A DNA stretch of 36,272 nt from an uncultured Gemmatimonadota bacterium (lineage in GTDB: Bacteria > Gemmatimonadota > Gemmatimonadetes > Gemmatimonadales > Gemmatimonadaceae). The stretch lies in the NCBI GenBank assembly GCA_903894655.1, contig CAITQY010000171.1:1-36272 (forward strand), read 5' to 3'. The notes beneath the pieces are model-generated. The model saw nothing but the letters and a program-made list of their open reading frames with translations. It did not search any database and had not been told where the DNA came from. Both the position numbers and the translations under genes were made by a program. Numbering within the stretch: position 1 is the first letter of the stretch; every line of letters begins with the position of its first letter. This document shows, in pieces, positions 35,446 to 36,272 of this stretch.

Positions 35446-35455
35446 TCACAGTGCG

Positions 35456-35755
35456 TCACCAGGTGCGCGAGGCCGAGCCCGTCGACGAGGTCGGTGGCCG
35501 GCGGCGCTTCGTGCCGTTGCCGCGCTTTGAGTTGCATCCGTAGTGCGCGGCGCGCAGGTTGGCGGGCGCTGTCAGCGAGCCGCCGAGGCTGCGCGGGATG
35601 ATGTGGTCGACGCTCGGCGCCCAGCGGCTGCGAGGGTCAACGGTGTGGTCGATGGGTTGGCCGCACAGGTAGCACAGGTGCGCGGTGGCGAGCACCTTGG
35701 CGCGGGCTTTCTTCCACGCATGACTTCGCAGGTCGTCGCCTTCGCGCGCGCTCAT
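35456..35755 (-). CDS. HNH endonuclease (packaging-associated)
   Basis: CYLC, SVDHIIPRSLGG, NLRAAHYGCNSKRG. Confidence 0.92.
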   Translation of the reverse strand: MSAREGDDLRSHAWKKARAKVLATAHLCYLCGQPIDHTVDPRSRWAPSVDHIIPRSLGGSLTAPANLRAAHYGCNSKRGNGTKRRRPPTSSTGSASRTW

Positions 35756-36272
35756 GGTCGCACCAGGTAGATCGGTTGGCCGATCCATCCGAGGGTGTGG
35801 CCGTCCTGCTCGAGCTGCTCGATGTGGCCGAAGTCGATGGCGTCCGCGGTTGCGTGCACCGCACGGTACGGCGTGACCCAGTAGGTTGCTGGTCGCGTGA
35901 TCGGCATCGCCACGTTACCCACTCTCAAGCCGGGCTCGATGCAGATGTGTGCGCCGTTGTTCAGTGCAAGGCCGGGTAGCCACACGTCTACATCGGGGCG
36001 CTCGCTGATCGCTTCACTGATGACCTGGACGGCGTCGGGTGTCCACTCGTCGTCGTCGTCGAGCTGCGCCATCCAGTCGCTGCGTGTCAGGTAGGCGCCC
36101 GTGTTGCGTGCCACGGCCCCGAAGTTGCCATGCGCGCGGCCGAGCGTGATGTACATCGGGCCCGTTGGCATCGTGGCCCAGTCGATGTCGACGCCATCGG
36201 ATATCACGATGACCTCGTCGAACTGCGCCAGTGCGCTAGCGATTGCGGCCGGCAGTGTTGGCCTGCCAATGG
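35752..36272 (-). CDS. Glycosyltransferase family 2, 5' end outside the window
   Basis: Frame open from the window end: IGRPTLPAAIASALAQFDEVIVISDG...GAVARNTG...QLDDDD. Confidence 0.85.
   Translation of the reverse strand, partial: IGRPTLPAAIASALAQFDEVIVISDGVDIDWATMPTGPMYITLGRAHGNFGAVARNTGAYLTRSDWMAQLDDDDEWTPDAVQVISEAISERPDVDVWLPGLALNNGAHICIEPGLRVGNVAMPITRPATYWVTPYRAVHATADAIDFGHIEQLEQDGHTLGWIGQPIYLVRP

Larger units (their letters stand above)
1..36272 (-). mobile_element. Near-complete siphovirus (HK97-type head) genome, probable actinobacteriophage
   Basis: Complete packaging-head-tail-lysis-recombination-replication gene order, tightly coupled ORFs (ATGA/GTGA/TGATG overlaps), no host housekeeping genes. 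Confidence 0.95.

Noticed and set aside
36200-36272. Exact circular join of base 36272 to base 1
   Set aside because: No terminal repeat; direct joining does not restore a normal GT2 N-terminal strand, so a gap is more likely
1-36272. tRNA, rRNA or other recognisable structured RNA genes
   Set aside because: None recognised by eye; intergenic space is small and accounted for by promoters and hairpins. A covariance-model search was not run.

Overview
The window is essentially a whole ~36 kb GC-rich siphovirus genome, most likely infecting Actinobacteria (WhiB, actinobacterial lytic transglycosylase, actinophage-type TerS/HNH). It is encoded mainly on the minus strand. Reading from 36272 downward: GT2 glycosyltransferase (cut by the window end), HNH, probable cos region, TerS, TerL, portal, prohead protease, HK97 capsid, a second glycosyltransferase, a collagen/LamG-like block, head-tail and tail genes, tape measure, two tail proteins, lysis genes, a DnaQ-like exonuclease and DUF6378. 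A plus-strand tyrosine recombinase follows, then an early operon: C5 methyltransferase, resolvase, transglycosylase, WhiB, exonuclease/RecT/SSB, DUF4326 plus partner, replication initiator with iterons, and a Zn-finger/HTH regulator. A third glycosyltransferase is cut by the window start. The most unusual element is the methyltransferase locus. It has seven LLPTP-headed variable modules (probable target-recognition cassettes) in two reading frames, a nested alternative-frame ORF, and a G10 tract placed so that a 1-nt deletion would swap one module for another and split the enzyme at a GTGA restart. Also notable: two self-regulated inverted cassettes, one bridged exactly by a translationally coupled antisense ORF; a DUF4326 + OB-like gene pair; three glycosyltransferases; and a C14 tract and a recombination-site-like palindrome upstream of the recombinase. 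All family assignments come from motif recognition by eye. No database search was run.
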